The notes below the pieces were generated by a model. The model saw only the letters and a program-made list of their open reading frames with translations. It ran no database searches and was not told the DNA's origin. From Dickeya dadantii NCPPB 898 (GTDB lineage Bacteria > Pseudomonadota > Gammaproteobacteria > Enterobacterales > Enterobacteriaceae): DNA of 32,000 nucleotides. The position numbers and the translations under genes were made by a program. The stretch covers positions 3,997,472 to 4,029,471 of the forward strand of contig NZ_CM001976.1 in the NCBI RefSeq assembly GCF_000406145.1. The letters are read 5' to 3'. Position 1 is the first letter of the stretch. Each line of letters opens with the position of its first letter. This document shows, piece after piece, positions 1-9,338 of the stretch.

Positions 1-88
1 AAATAAAACATCGTTCCTTTTCGGTGATTTGGATTGTAAGTGAAGCAGATAACGCTGGCATGACGAGATCGGAATTCTGGGAGGCAGG

Positions 89-117
89 TAAAAAAAATCC
101 GGCAACAAGTGCCGGAT
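89..117 (-). terminator. Rho-independent terminator downstream of lpdA
   Basis: On the minus strand, a 6-bp GC stem TCCGGC/GCCGGA (98..103 pairs with 111..116) with a 7-nt loop is followed directly by a run of 8 T (plus-strand A run 90..97). It lies about 60 nt after the lpdA stop. Confidence 0.75.
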
Positions 118-174
118 AGACATTGAAACAGCAAGAAGTATCGCGCCCCGCCGCGCTGGCGACGGGGAAACGGA

Positions 175-1599
175 TTATTTCTTCTTCGCTTTCGGATTCG
201 GCAGGTCGGTAATGCTACCTTCGAACACTTCAGCGGCCAGACCTACAGATTCGTGCAGGGTTGGGTGGGCGTGGATAGTCAGCGCGATATCTTCCGCATC
301 GCAACCCATCTCGATCGCCAGGCCAATTTCACCCAGCAGCTCGCCGCCGTTGGTGCCGACAATCGCGCCACCGATCACACGGTGCGTTTCTTTGTCGAAA
401 ATCAGCTTGGTCATACCGTCGGAGCAGTCGGATGCAATCGCACGGCCGGACGCGGCCCACGGGAATACCGCGGTTTCGTAGCTGATGCCTTTTTCCTTCG
501 CTTCTTTCTCGGTCAGGCCGACCCAAGCCACTTCCGGCTCGGTGTAAGCGATGGACGGGATCACCTTCGGATCGAAGTAGTGTTTCTTGCCCGAGATGAC
601 TTCGGCCGCCACGTGGCCTTCATGCACGCCTTTGTGCGCCAGCATCGGCTGACCGACGATGTCGCCGATGGCATAGATGTGCGGTACGTTGGTGCGCATC
701 TGTTTGTCGACGCGGATGAAACCGCGATCGTCAACTTCCACGCCAGCCTGACCTGCATCCAGCAGTTTGCCGTTCGGTACACGGCCGATAGCCACCAGCA
801 CCGCGTCATAACGCTGCGGTTCCGCCGGCGCTTTCTTGCCTTCCATCGATACGTAGATGCCGTCTTCTTTGGCTTCTACCGCGGTCACTTTGGTTTCCAG
901 CATCAGGTTGAATTTCTTGCTGATGCGCTTGGTGAAGACTTTAACGATGTCTTTGTCGGCAGCCGGGATGACCTGATCGAACATTTCAACCACGTCGATC
1001 TGCGAACCCAGCGCATGGTACACGGTGCCCATTTCCAGACCGATGATACCGCCGCCCATTACCAGCAGGCGTCCAGGGACGCTCTTCAGTTCCAGCGCAT
1101 CGGTGGAATCCCATACGCGCGGGTCTTCATGCGGAATGAACGGCAGCTGAATCGGACGAGAACCGGCCGCGATGATAGCGTTGTCGAAGTTCACCGTGGT
1201 GCTGCCGTTTTCGCCTTCCACCACCAGGGTGTTCGGGCCGGTAAATTTACCGAAGCCATTGACCACTTTAACTTTACGGCCTTTAGCCATACCAGCCAGA
1301 CCGCCGGTCAGCTGATTGATAACTTTTTCTTTCCAGGTACGAATCTTATCGATATCGGTCTGCGGTTCGCCAAACACGATGCCGTGCTCAGCCAGCGCTT
1401 TGGCTTCTTCGATAACTTTCGCCACGTGCAGCAGTGCTTTGGAGGGGATACAGCCTACGTTCAGACATACGCCGCCCAGCGTGGAATAGCGCTCGACCAG
1501 CACGGTGTCCAGACCCAAGTCTGCACAACGGAACGCCGCGGAGTAACCTGCGGGGCCCGCGCCAAGTACCACCACCTGAGCTTTAATTTCAGTACTCAT
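175..1599 (-). CDS. lpdA: Dihydrolipoyl dehydrogenase (E3 of the pyruvate and 2-oxoglutarate dehydrogenase complexes)
   Basis: The ORF is near-colinear with E. coli Lpd as I recall it (MSTEIK.QVVVLGAGPAGYSAAFRCADLGL...). It has the FAD GxGxxG motif, the redox disulfide GGVCLNVGCIPSK and the C-terminal HAHPTLHE. The second ATG (1599) is preferred because the AAGAGG Shine-Dalgarno spacing is 5 nt there versus 2 nt for 1602. Confidence 0.97.
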   Translation of the reverse strand: MSTEIKAQVVVLGAGPAGYSAAFRCADLGLDTVLVERYSTLGGVCLNVGCIPSKALLHVAKVIEEAKALAEHGIVFGEPQTDIDKIRTWKEKVINQLTGGLAGMAKGRKVKVVNGFGKFTGPNTLVVEGENGSTTVNFDNAIIAAGSRPIQLPFIPHEDPRVWDSTDALELKSVPGRLLVMGGGIIGLEMGTVYHALGSQIDVVEMFDQVIPAADKDIVKVFTKRISKKFNLMLETKVTAVEAKEDGIYVSMEGKKAPAEPQRYDAVLVAIGRVPNGKLLDAGQAGVEVDDRGFIRVDKQMRTNVPHIYAIGDIVGQPMLAHKGVHEGHVAAEVISGKKHYFDPKVIPSIAYTEPEVAWVGLTEKEAKEKGISYETAVFPWAASGRAIASDCSDGMTKLIFDKETHRVIGGAIVGTNGGELLGEIGLAIEMGCDAEDIALTIHAHPTLHESVGLAAEVFEGSITDLPNPKAKKK

Positions 1600-1698
1600 C
1601 ATGACCTCTTAATTAATTTCCGGCGGGTCTGTGACGTCATTGTTGTTGAGTCTTAACGCCCTCTTCCACCGGGACGTGTCTTTGCCGCGGTAGTTTAC

Positions 1699-1716
1699 AA
1701 AATCGTTAACAATTTT
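1699..1716. promoter_or_regulatory. 18-bp near-perfect palindrome in the lpdA upstream region, a candidate operator
   Basis: AAAATCGTTAACAATTTT is symmetric at 16 of 18 positions about GTTAAC and lies about 100 bp upstream of the lpdA start. I recall a similar TTGTTAAC core in the E. coli lpd promoter region. The binding factor is not determinable from sequence. Confidence 0.3.
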
Positions 1717-1781
1717 GAAACAACAAGCGACTAACGATTTGTCCTTAATCACTGATAGCTGCAACAAAGAACAGCTTATCA

Positions 1782-1811
1782 GAAAAAAGCCGGCCGTCAG
1801 GCCGGCTTTTC
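1782..1811 (-). terminator. Rho-independent terminator or attenuator between aceF and lpdA
   Basis: A perfect 8-bp stem AGCCGGCC/GGCCGGCT (1788..1795 pairs with 1800..1807) with loop GTCA is flanked by an A run (1783..1788) and a T run (1807..1810). On the minus strand the stem is followed by TTTTTT, 3 nt after the aceF stop. Confidence 0.75.
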
Positions 1812-1813
1812 GA

Positions 1814-3694
1814 TTACATCACCAGACGGCGAATGTCAGACAACGTGTTGTTGATGATGGTAATGAAGCGCGCACCATCAGCACCGTCAATGACACGGTG
1901 GTCGAAGGACAGAGAGATCGGCATCATCAGACGCGGAGTAAACTCTTTACCATTCCAGACCGGTTCCATAGCGGACTTAGACACACCCAGGATAGCCACT
2001 TCCGGCGCGTTGACAATCGGCGCGAAGTGAGTGGTACCGAGGCCGCCGATGCTGGAGATAGTGAAGCATCCGCCCTGCATTTCGCCGGCGGTCAACTTAC
2101 CGTCACGGGCTTTCTTAGAGATAGTCATCAGTTCACGAGACAGCTCGATGATGCCTTTCTTGTTAACATCTTTGAACACCGGAACCACCAAACCATTCGG
2201 GGTATCAACCGCTACACCGATGTTGATGTATTTCTTCAGCGTCAGACGTTGGGCATCTTCAGACAGCGAACTGTTGAAACGCGGCATCTGCTCAAGCGCA
2301 GCGGCAACGGCTTTCATGATGAACACAACCGGGGTGATCTTCACGTCCAGTTTGCGCTTCTCTGCTTCCACGTTCTGCTGTTTACGGAACGCTTCCAGAT
2401 CGGTGATGTCGGTTTTGTCGAAGTGCGTAACGTGCGGGATCATCACCCAGTTACGGCTCAGGTTCGCGCCAGAGATCTTCTGGATGCGGCCCAGTTCCAC
2501 TTCTTCGACTTCGCCGAACTTGCTGAAGTCGACTTTCGGCCACGGCAGCATGCCCGGCAGACCGCCGCCAGCAGCAGCGGCAGGCGCGGACTCAGCGCGT
2601 TTCACCGCGTCTTTCACGTAAGCCTGAACGTCTTCGCGCAGGATACGACCTTTACGGCCTGTGCCTTTGACTTTCGCCAGGTTGACGCCAAACTCACGCG
2701 CCAAACGACGGATAACCGGGGTAGCGTGAATGTAAGCGTCGTTCTCGGTGAACTCGCCCTTGCTGTCGGCTTTCGCCGCAGCCGGCGCCGGCGCTGCCGC
2801 AGGCGCGCTGGAGACCGGAGCTGCTGTCGCAGCGGCTGGAGCTGCAGCCGCTGTCGGCGCGGCACCTTCCACTTCGAAGACCATGATCAGCGAGCCGGTT
2901 TTCACTTTATCGCCGGTGCTGATCTTGATCTCTTTCACGGTGCCCGCGAACGGTGCCGGAACTTCCATAGAGGCTTTATCGCCTTCTACGGTGATCAGAG
3001 ATTGTTCAGCGGCAATTTTGTCGCCCACTTTGACCATGACTTCAGTGACTTCAACTTCGTCGCCACCGATATCCGGTACGTTAACGTCTTTCGGACCAGA
3101 CGCCGCAGCGGCGGGTGCCGCAGCCGGGGCCGCTTGCTGGGCCGGAGCCGCAGCGCCAGCGACACCAGCGACTTCAAACACCATGATCAGCGAGCCGGTT
3201 TTCACTTTGTCACCGGTGTTGATCTTGATCTCTTTCACCACGCCTGCGAACGGCGCCGGGACTTCCATAGAAGCCTTGTCGCCTTCCACAGTGATCAGTG
3301 ACTGCTCAGCGCTCACGCTGTCGCCCACTTTCACCATGACTTCGGTGACTTCGACTTCGTCGCCGCCGATGTCCGGCACTGCGACTTCTTTGACCGCGCT
3401 GGCGGCGGCCGGAGCCGCGGCAGGCGCCGGCGCAGCAGCCGCCGGCGCAGCAGCCGCCGCACCTTCAGCTTCAAAGACCATGATCAGTTTGCCGGTTGCG
3501 ACCTTGTCGCCCACCGCCACTTTAATCTCTTTGACCACACCGGCTTGCGGTGAGGGCACTTCCATGGACGCCTTGTCGCCTTCAACGGTAATCAGCGACT
3601 GCTCGGCTTCCACTTTGTCACCCACTTTGACCAGCACTTCGGTGACTTCAACTTCATCTGCACCGATATCCGGTACGTTGATTTCGATAGCCAT
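1814..3694 (-). CDS. aceF: Dihydrolipoyllysine-residue acetyltransferase (E2 of pyruvate dehydrogenase)
   Basis: This 626-aa ORF has three tandem lipoyl domains, each with the [10 protein letters not shown] lipoyl-lysine motif, separated by Ala/Pro linkers. These are followed by a subunit-binding domain ([14 protein letters not shown]) and a catalytic domain with the [10 protein letters not shown] motif. Confidence 0.98.
   Translation of the reverse strand: MAIEINVPDIGADEVEVTEVLVKVGDKVEAEQSLITVEGDKASMEVPSPQAGVVKEIKVAVGDKVATGKLIMVFEAEGAAAAAPAAAAPAPAAAPAAASAVKEVAVPDIGGDEVEVTEVMVKVGDSVSAEQSLITVEGDKASMEVPAPFAGVVKEIKINTGDKVKTGSLIMVFEVAGVAGAAAPAQQAAPAAAPAAAASGPKDVNVPDIGGDEVEVTEVMVKVGDKIAAEQSLITVEGDKASMEVPAPFAGTVKEIKISTGDKVKTGSLIMVFEVEGAAPTAAAAPAAATAAPVSSAPAAAPAPAAAKADSKGEFTENDAYIHATPVIRRLAREFGVNLAKVKGTGRKGRILREDVQAYVKDAVKRAESAPAAAAGGGLPGMLPWPKVDFSKFGEVEEVELGRIQKISGANLSRNWVMIPHVTHFDKTDITDLEAFRKQQNVEAEKRKLDVKITPVVFIMKAVAAALEQMPRFNSSLSEDAQRLTLKKYINIGVAVDTPNGLVVPVFKDVNKKGIIELSRELMTISKKARDGKLTAGEMQGGCFTISSIGGLGTTHFAPIVNAPEVAILGVSKSAMEPVWNGKEFTPRLMMPISLSFDHRVIDGADGARFITIINNTLSDIRRLVM
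2864..3694 (-). repeat. Three tandem ~300-bp repeats encoding the aceF lipoyl domains plus Ala/Pro linkers
   Basis: Copies 2 and 3 (about 3164..3394 and 2864..3094) are near-identical at the DNA level with an exact 300-bp period. For example, ACCATGATCAGCGAGCCGGTTTTCACTTT occurs at both 2881 and 3181. Copy 1 is more diverged. Confidence 0.9.
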
Positions 3695-3707
3695 TACTCT
3701 TTCCCTC

Positions 3708-6371
3708 TTATGCTACGCGCGGGTTAACTTTTTCAGGGTCGATGTTGAATTTCTTGATGGCTTCAGCCACCACGGACTTTTCAACTTCACCGCGTTTAGC
3801 CAGTTCGCCCAGCGCAGCCACGACCACGTAGGACGCGTCCACTTCAAAGTGGTGACGCAGGTTTTCACGGCTGTCGGAACGACCGAAGCCATCGGTGCCC
3901 AGTACGCGATAATCGCTGGCCGGAACGTAGGTACGAACCTGCTCGGCAAACAGTTTCATATAGTCGGTAGACGCGACTGCCGGTGCATCGTTCATCACCT
4001 GAGCGATATACGGTACGCGCGGCGCTTCGGTCGGGTGCAGCATGTTCCAACGCTCGCAGTCCTGACCATCGCGGGCCAGTTCCGTGAAGGAGGTAACGCT
4101 GTACACGTCGGAACCGATACCGTAATCCTTCGCCAGAATCTGCGAAGCTTCGCGCACGTGACGCAGGATAGAACCGGAACCCAGCAACTGAACTTTACCT
4201 TTGCTGCCCGCCACGGTTTCCAGCTTGTAGATACCTTTGCGGATGCCTTCTTCGGCGCCCTGCGGCATAGCCGGCATGTGGTAGTTTTCGTTCAGCGTGG
4301 TGATGTAGTAGTAAACGTTTTCCTGCGCGTCGCCATACATGCGGACCAGACCGTCATGCATGATTACCGCAACTTCGTAAGCGAAAGCCGGGTCGTAAGA
4401 AATACAGTTCGGGATAGTCAGCGACTGGATGTGGCTGTGACCGTCTTCATGCTGCAGACCTTCACCGTTCAGCGTGGTACGACCGGAGGTACCGCCGATC
4501 AGGAAGCCGCGCGCTTGCTGGTCGCCCGCTGCCCAGCACAGGTCGCCGATACGCTGGAACCCGAACATGGAGTAGTAAATGTAGAACGGGATCATCGGCA
4601 GGTTGTTGGTGCTGTAAGACGTTGCCGCCGCCAGCCAGGAAGCGCCTGCGCCCAGTTCGTTGATGCCTTCCTGCAGGATCTGACCTTTCAGGTCTTCCTT
4701 GTAGTAGGCAACCAGTTCGCGGTCCTGCGGGGTGTACTGCTGGCCGTTCGGGCTGTAGATACCGATCTGGCGGAACAAGCCTTCCATACCGAAGGTACGC
4801 GCTTCATCGGCGATGATCGGAACCAAGCGGTCTTTGATCGACGGGTTCTTCAGCATCACGTTCAGAGCACGCACAAACGCGATAGTGGTGGAGATTTCTT
4901 TGGTCTGCTCTTCCAGCAGAGGAGCGAAATCTTCCAGCGTCGGCAGTTCCAGCTTCTCATCAAACGTCGGCTGACGGCTCGGCAGGTAGCCGCCCAGCGC
5001 CTGACGACGTTCGTGCAGGTATTTATACTCTTCGGAATCTTTATCGAAGGTGATGAACGGCAGTTTCTCGATGTCGGCGTCAGACACCGGCACATTGAAA
5101 CGATCGCGGAAGTAGCGCACGCCGTCCATGTTAACTTTCTTAACCTGGTGAGCAATGTTCTTGCCTTCCGCCGCGTCGCCCATCCCGTAACCTTTGATGG
5201 TGTGCGCCAGAATAACGATCGGTTTGCCTTTGGTGTCCTGCGCTTTTTTCAGTGCAGCGTAGACTTTCTTCGGATCGTGGCCGCCACGGTTAAGCGACCA
5301 AATTTGATCGTCGGTCCAGTCTGCAACCAGTGCGGCGGTTTCCGGGTATTTACCGAAGAAGTGCTCGCGCACGTAGGCGCCGTTTTTGGATTTGAAGGTC
5401 TGGTAGTCGCCGTCAACGGTTTCGTTCATCAGTTGGATCAGTTTGCCGCTGGTGTCTTTACGCAGCAGTTCATCCCAACGATTACCCCACATCACCTTGA
5501 TCACTTCCCAGCCAGCGCCACCGAAGATGCCTTCCAGCTCGTTGATGATCTTGCCGTTACCGGTGACCGGGCCGTCCAGACGCTGCAGGTTACAGTTAAT
5601 GACGAACACCAGGTTGTCCAGTTTTTCGCGGGTCGCGATGGTGATGGCGCCTTTAGATTCCGGCTCGTCCATCTCGCCGTCGCCCAGGAAAGCGTAAACG
5701 GTTTGCTTAGAGGTGTCTTTCAGGCCACGGTTTTCCAGATATTTCAGGAATTTAGCCTGGTAGATGGCGCCAATCGGGCCCAGACCCATGGAAACGGTCG
5801 GGAACTGCCAGAAAGTCGGCATCAGTTTCGGATGCGGGTAGGAAGACAGGCCCTTACCATCCACTTCCTGACGGAAGTTGTTCATCTGCTCTTCGGTCAG
5901 ACGACCTTCCACGAATGCACGCGCATAAACCCCTGGGGAAATATGGCCCTGGAAATACACCAGATCGCCGCCATCCTGTGCGTTACGGGCACGGAAGAAG
6001 TGGTTAAAGCACACTTCGTAGAAGGTCGCGGCCGACTGGAAGGAAGCCATGTGACCGCCCAGCTCCAGATCCTTTTTAGACGCACGCAGTACTGTCATGA
6101 TCGCGTTCCAACGGATGGTGGAACGAATACGGCTTTCCAGATCAAGGTTACCCGGATATGCGGGCTCATCTTCAACCGCGATGGTGTTAACATAGTTGCT
6201 GCCAGCGCTGCCCGCAGCCACTTTCACACCACCTTTGCGTGCTTCGGACAGTACCTGATCAATCAGGAACTGAGCGCGCTCAACACCCTCTTCACGGATA
6301 ACCGATTCGATCGCCTGCAGCCAGTCACGCGTTTCGATCGGATCCACGTCATTGTTCAAACGTTCTGACAT
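3708..6371 (-). CDS. aceE: Pyruvate dehydrogenase E1 component
   Basis: This 887-aa ORF has the same length as E. coli AceE and is colinear with it as I recall ([28 protein letters not shown]...). It is 13 bp upstream of aceF on the same strand. Confidence 0.98.
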   Translation of the reverse strand: MSERLNNDVDPIETRDWLQAIESVIREEGVERAQFLIDQVLSEARKGGVKVAAGSAGSNYVNTIAVEDEPAYPGNLDLESRIRSTIRWNAIMTVLRASKKDLELGGHMASFQSAATFYEVCFNHFFRARNAQDGGDLVYFQGHISPGVYARAFVEGRLTEEQMNNFRQEVDGKGLSSYPHPKLMPTFWQFPTVSMGLGPIGAIYQAKFLKYLENRGLKDTSKQTVYAFLGDGEMDEPESKGAITIATREKLDNLVFVINCNLQRLDGPVTGNGKIINELEGIFGGAGWEVIKVMWGNRWDELLRKDTSGKLIQLMNETVDGDYQTFKSKNGAYVREHFFGKYPETAALVADWTDDQIWSLNRGGHDPKKVYAALKKAQDTKGKPIVILAHTIKGYGMGDAAEGKNIAHQVKKVNMDGVRYFRDRFNVPVSDADIEKLPFITFDKDSEEYKYLHERRQALGGYLPSRQPTFDEKLELPTLEDFAPLLEEQTKEISTTIAFVRALNVMLKNPSIKDRLVPIIADEARTFGMEGLFRQIGIYSPNGQQYTPQDRELVAYYKEDLKGQILQEGINELGAGASWLAAATSYSTNNLPMIPFYIYYSMFGFQRIGDLCWAAGDQQARGFLIGGTSGRTTLNGEGLQHEDGHSHIQSLTIPNCISYDPAFAYEVAVIMHDGLVRMYGDAQENVYYYITTLNENYHMPAMPQGAEEGIRKGIYKLETVAGSKGKVQLLGSGSILRHVREASQILAKDYGIGSDVYSVTSFTELARDGQDCERWNMLHPTEAPRVPYIAQVMNDAPAVASTDYMKLFAEQVRTYVPASDYRVLGTDGFGRSDSRENLRHHFEVDASYVVVAALGELAKRGEVEKSVVAEAIKKFNIDPEKVNPRVA

Positions 6372-6413
6372 GGTGTATTCCTTATCTGTTTCTAATCAGT
6401 GGATTTGTCTGGA

Positions 6414-6464
6414 GCCTGTCTTCCTGCGTTCTGTTCCTGCCGGAGAAAGCGCAGGAAGACAGGC
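6414..6464 (-). other. Strong RNA hairpin in the pdhR-aceE spacer (15-bp perfect stem)
   Basis: GCCTGTCTTCCTGCG (6414..6428) is the exact reverse complement of CGCAGGAAGACAGGC (6450..6464), with a 21-nt loop. No U tract follows on either strand. Confidence 0.6.
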
Positions 6465-6503
6465 CCTTCGTCTTGTTGCCGCACACGGCCGCCAGATGGC
6501 GGC

Positions 6504-7268
6504 CTAATCCTTGCGTTGCTGGAGCCGGCGCAACGAACGTTCCCGCCGACTATGTTCCCGGTTAAGTTCCAGCAATACTTCCTCGATAAATGCCAGGTGA
6601 CGATGTGATGCTTCGCGCGCCTTTTCCGGCTCACGGGCGACAATCGCCTCAAAAATCCTGGCACGATGGCTACTCACCTGCGTCAGAACTTCACGACTCA
6701 GATAAAGCAACTCAAAATTCTGTCTGACGTTCTGTTCGAGCATCGGTCCCATACAGCGTAACAGGTGCAACAGCACTACGTTATGCGCGGCCTCGGTCAC
6801 CGCCACTTGATAGTGCATGACGGCCTCGGACTCCCCTTCCAGGTCACTGGCTTCGCGCGCGGTTTCAATCTGGGCATGGCAATCGCGGATGCGCTGCAGA
6901 TCTTCTTCAGTGCCGCGTAAGGCGGCGTAATAAGCGGCGATGCCTTCAAGGGCATGACGGGTTTCGAGGAGGTCGAACTGAGCTTCGGGGTGATTACTCA
7001 ACAGTTCCGCCAGCGGATCGCTAACGCTCTGCCAGAGGTTATTCTGCACAAAGGTGCCGCCGCCCTGACGGCGCAACAGCAAACCTTTGGCTTCCAGCCG
7101 TTGAATCGCCTCGCGCAGCGAGGGACGGGAAACATCAAACTGTTTTGCCAGTTCGCGTTCCGGCGGCAGTTTCTCTCCGGGGCGCAAGGTTCCCTCAAGG
7201 ATCAGAAACTCCAGTTGCTGTTCAATCACATCTGACAGTTTGGGCTGACGGATCTTGCTGTAGGCCAT
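6504..7268 (-). CDS. pdhR: Pyruvate dehydrogenase complex repressor (GntR/FadR family)
   Basis: This 254-aa ORF has an N-terminal GntR winged helix ([31 protein letters not shown]) and an FCD-type C-terminal domain. It sits directly upstream of aceEF-lpdA and has a PdhR-type palindrome in its own leader. Confidence 0.97.
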   Translation of the reverse strand: MAYSKIRQPKLSDVIEQQLEFLILEGTLRPGEKLPPERELAKQFDVSRPSLREAIQRLEAKGLLLRRQGGGTFVQNNLWQSVSDPLAELLSNHPEAQFDLLETRHALEGIAAYYAALRGTEEDLQRIRDCHAQIETAREASDLEGESEAVMHYQVAVTEAAHNVVLLHLLRCMGPMLEQNVRQNFELLYLSREVLTQVSSHRARIFEAIVAREPEKAREASHRHLAFIEEVLLELNREHSRRERSLRRLQQRKD

Positions 7269-7300
7269 GTGGATTCTTCCCGGCGAAAAAGCGCGGAGTC

Positions 7301-7317
7301 AATTGGTAATACCAATT
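7301..7317. promoter_or_regulatory. PdhR operator (perfect 17-bp palindrome)
   Basis: AATTGGTAATACCAATT matches the known PdhR box form AATTGGT-N3-ACCAATT. It is centred 41 bp upstream of the pdhR ATG and overlaps the predicted -10/+1 region. Confidence 0.85.
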
Positions 7318-7344
7318 TTAAAAACGTGACGCACAAAGTAACAA
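7315..7344 (-). promoter_or_regulatory. Putative sigma70 promoter of pdhR-aceEF-lpdA
   Basis: On the minus strand there is TTGTTA (-35, plus-strand coordinates 7339..7344), an 18-nt spacer, then TAAAAT (-10, 7315..7320). The -10 abuts and overlaps the PdhR palindrome, consistent with autorepression. This is a motif match only. Confidence 0.35.
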
Positions 7345-7818
7345 AGTATTCACCTTCTGTCCATACGGACGTTGTGCGAAATCACCAATCACCTCACTTT
7401 TTAACAAATGCCCACAATCTTGTGGCAAAAGCACGAATCGGTCAGTGGTATGACCATTCTTGAAGCCCGGGCGTTTTAACTTTTTTGAAACCCTAATCAG
7501 GCAAAGCTGAACCGTTCAACCCGCAACAATTAGCATTTAAATTCAAAATAAAAGCATAAGAATTCAAAATGAATGTAACTCGCCATCGTCTTATTCAGCA
7601 ATATTTCTAACATATCGCAGCTGTATGACATGGATAAGGCAACCACACCGCTTCCTGTCCACGCCACGATAAAATAGCGCCCCCATACCGTACAGATGAC
7701 GGTGATCATGACATCACACTTTTATGTCGTGCCTCGCAAGAAATCAGTGCAATTATCTGCGCTTATCACTATTCTCTGACGCGCGATAGCGTTGGCGGCG
7801 ATTTAGGTTTGTCAGCGT

Positions 7819-7836
7819 CGTAAATATAAAATTACA
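7819..7836. promoter_or_regulatory. Candidate TyrR box upstream of aroP
   Basis: CGTAAATATAAAATTACA differs from the TyrR consensus TGTAAA-N6-TTTACA at 2 positions and keeps the invariant G-N14-C. A weaker half-matching box, CGTAAAAAGACAAACGCC, lies at 7841..7858, 22 bp centre to centre. E. coli aroP is TyrR-regulated. Confidence 0.4.
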
Positions 7837-7915
7837 CATACGTAAAAAGACAAACGCCAGCCCGCGCCACACCGTCGGTGAACGGTTTGTCTTTTCATCG
7901 GCAGAGGGTAAAAGT

Positions 7916-9262
7916 ATGCAAGATCAACAAGACGGTACGCTGCAGCGCGGCCTGAAAAACCGTCATATACAGTTGATTGCTCTGGGGGGTGCGGTTGGTA
8001 CCGGGCTGTTTCTTGGGATCGCGCAAACAATCAAAATGGCCGGGCCGTCCGTCCTGCTGGGTTATGCGATCGGCGGTCTGATCGCGTTTTTCATCATGCG
8101 CCAGTTGGGCGAAATGGTAGTGGAAGAACCGGTGGCCGGTTCGTTTAGCCACTTCGCCTATAAATACTGGGGCAACTTTGCTGGTTTCGCCTCCGGCTGG
8201 AACTACTGGGTGCTCTACGTGTTGGTGGCGATGGCGGAGCTGAGCGCCGTCGGCATCTACGTTCAGTACTGGTGGCCGGACATTCCCACCTGGGTTTCCG
8301 CCGCGGTGTTCTTCGTGCTGATTAACGCCATTAATCTTGCCAACGTAAAAATGTACGGCGAACTGGAATTCTGGTTCGCGATTATCAAGGTCGTGGCGAT
8401 TGTCGGCATGATCGCGTTCGGCGGCTGGCTGCTGCTGAGCGGTCACGGCGGACCGGAAGCCACCGTCACCAACCTCTGGGCGCAAGGCGGCTTCTTCCCC
8501 AACGGCGTCGTCGGTTTGGTTATGGCGATGGCGGTGATCATGTTCTCTTTTGGCGGGCTGGAGCTGGTGGGGATTACCGCCGCAGAAGCAGACAAACCGG
8601 AAGAAAGCATTCCCCGCGCCACCAATCAGGTGATTTATCGCATCCTGATTTTCTATATCGGTTCGCTGACCGTTCTGCTGTCGCTCTATCCGTGGGGTAA
8701 AGTGGTCGAAGGCGGTAGCCCGTTCGTGATGATTTTCCACGCGCTGAACAGTGAGCTGGTCGCCAATATCCTGAATATCGTGGTACTGACGGCGGCGCTG
8801 TCGGTATACAACAGCTGTGTCTACTGCAACAGCCGCATGCTGTACGGCCTGGCCAAGCAGGGGAACGGCCCGCAATCGCTGCTGAAAGTAGACCGTCGCG
8901 GCGTGCCGGTAGTGGCGATTGGCGTTTCTGCGCTGGCAACCGCGCTGTGCGTGCTGATCAACTATGTATTGCCCGGCAAAGCGTTTGAGCTGCTGATGGC
9001 GCTGGTGGTGTCCGCACTGGTCATCAACTGGGCGATGATCAGTCTGGCGCACCTGAAATTCCGCGCCAGTAAAGAGCGCGAAGGGGTTCAGACCCGGTTT
9101 AAAGCGCTGTGGTTCCCGTTCGGCAACTATCTGTGTCTGGCATTTATGGCCGGTATTCTGGTGATCATGTATCTGACGCCGGGAATTCAGATCTCTGTCT
9201 TACTGATCCCGGTCTGGCTGGCGGTGCTGGGCATCGGTTATCGCTTCAAAAAGCGTCGCTAA
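7916..9262 (+). CDS. aroP: Aromatic amino acid:H+ symporter (APC family)
   Basis: This 448-aa polytopic ORF has long stretches matching E. coli AroP as I recall it (RGLKNRHIQLIALGGA.GTGLFLG, EMVVEEPVAGSFSHFAYKYWG, FSFGGLELVGITAAEA). A GAGGG Shine-Dalgarno lies 7 nt upstream of the ATG. Confidence 0.96.
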   Translation: MQDQQDGTLQRGLKNRHIQLIALGGAVGTGLFLGIAQTIKMAGPSVLLGYAIGGLIAFFIMRQLGEMVVEEPVAGSFSHFAYKYWGNFAGFASGWNYWVLYVLVAMAELSAVGIYVQYWWPDIPTWVSAAVFFVLINAINLANVKMYGELEFWFAIIKVVAIVGMIAFGGWLLLSGHGGPEATVTNLWAQGGFFPNGVVGLVMAMAVIMFSFGGLELVGITAAEADKPEESIPRATNQVIYRILIFYIGSLTVLLSLYPWGKVVEGGSPFVMIFHALNSELVANILNIVVLTAALSVYNSCVYCNSRMLYGLAKQGNGPQSLLKVDRRGVPVVAIGVSALATALCVLINYVLPGKAFELLMALVVSALVINWAMISLAHLKFRASKEREGVQTRFKALWFPFGNYLCLAFMAGILVIMYLTPGIQISVLLIPVWLAVLGIGYRFKKRR

Positions 9263-9276
9263 ACCTTAACACTTCT

Positions 9277-9307
9277 ATCATGGCCGCGTCGGCGGCCATG
9301 ATGTTTT
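9277..9307 (+). terminator. Rho-independent terminator of aroP
   Basis: A perfect 11-bp stem ATCATGGCCGC/GCGGCCATGAT (9277..9287 pairs with 9292..9302) with loop GTCG is followed by GTTTT. It starts 15 nt after the aroP stop. Confidence 0.8.
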
Positions 9308-9338
9308 CACCCCGCGCCTGCGTTATTCCACCCCTGCG

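Noticed and set aside
2748-6368. A 1206-aa ORF on the plus strand spans all of aceE and part of aceF. It is by far the longest ORF in the window.
   Set aside because: It is the codon-aligned antisense frame of aceE: both frames have codon boundaries at coordinates divisible by 3. A stop in it would require a TTA, CTA or TCA codon in aceE. Its openness therefore only shows that this highly expressed gene uses none of those three rare codons in 887 codons. The translation is low-complexity (A/G/V/T/R-rich) with no recognisable motifs, and the opposite strand encodes unmistakable AceE and AceF.
6392-6664. ORFs of 90 aa (minus strand) and 69 aa (plus strand) cross the pdhR-aceE spacer.
   Set aside because: Both are built largely on the arms of the 15-bp inverted repeat and on out-of-frame pdhR sequence. 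They have no ribosome-binding site and an Arg/Pro-rich composition. The region is explained by RNA hairpins.
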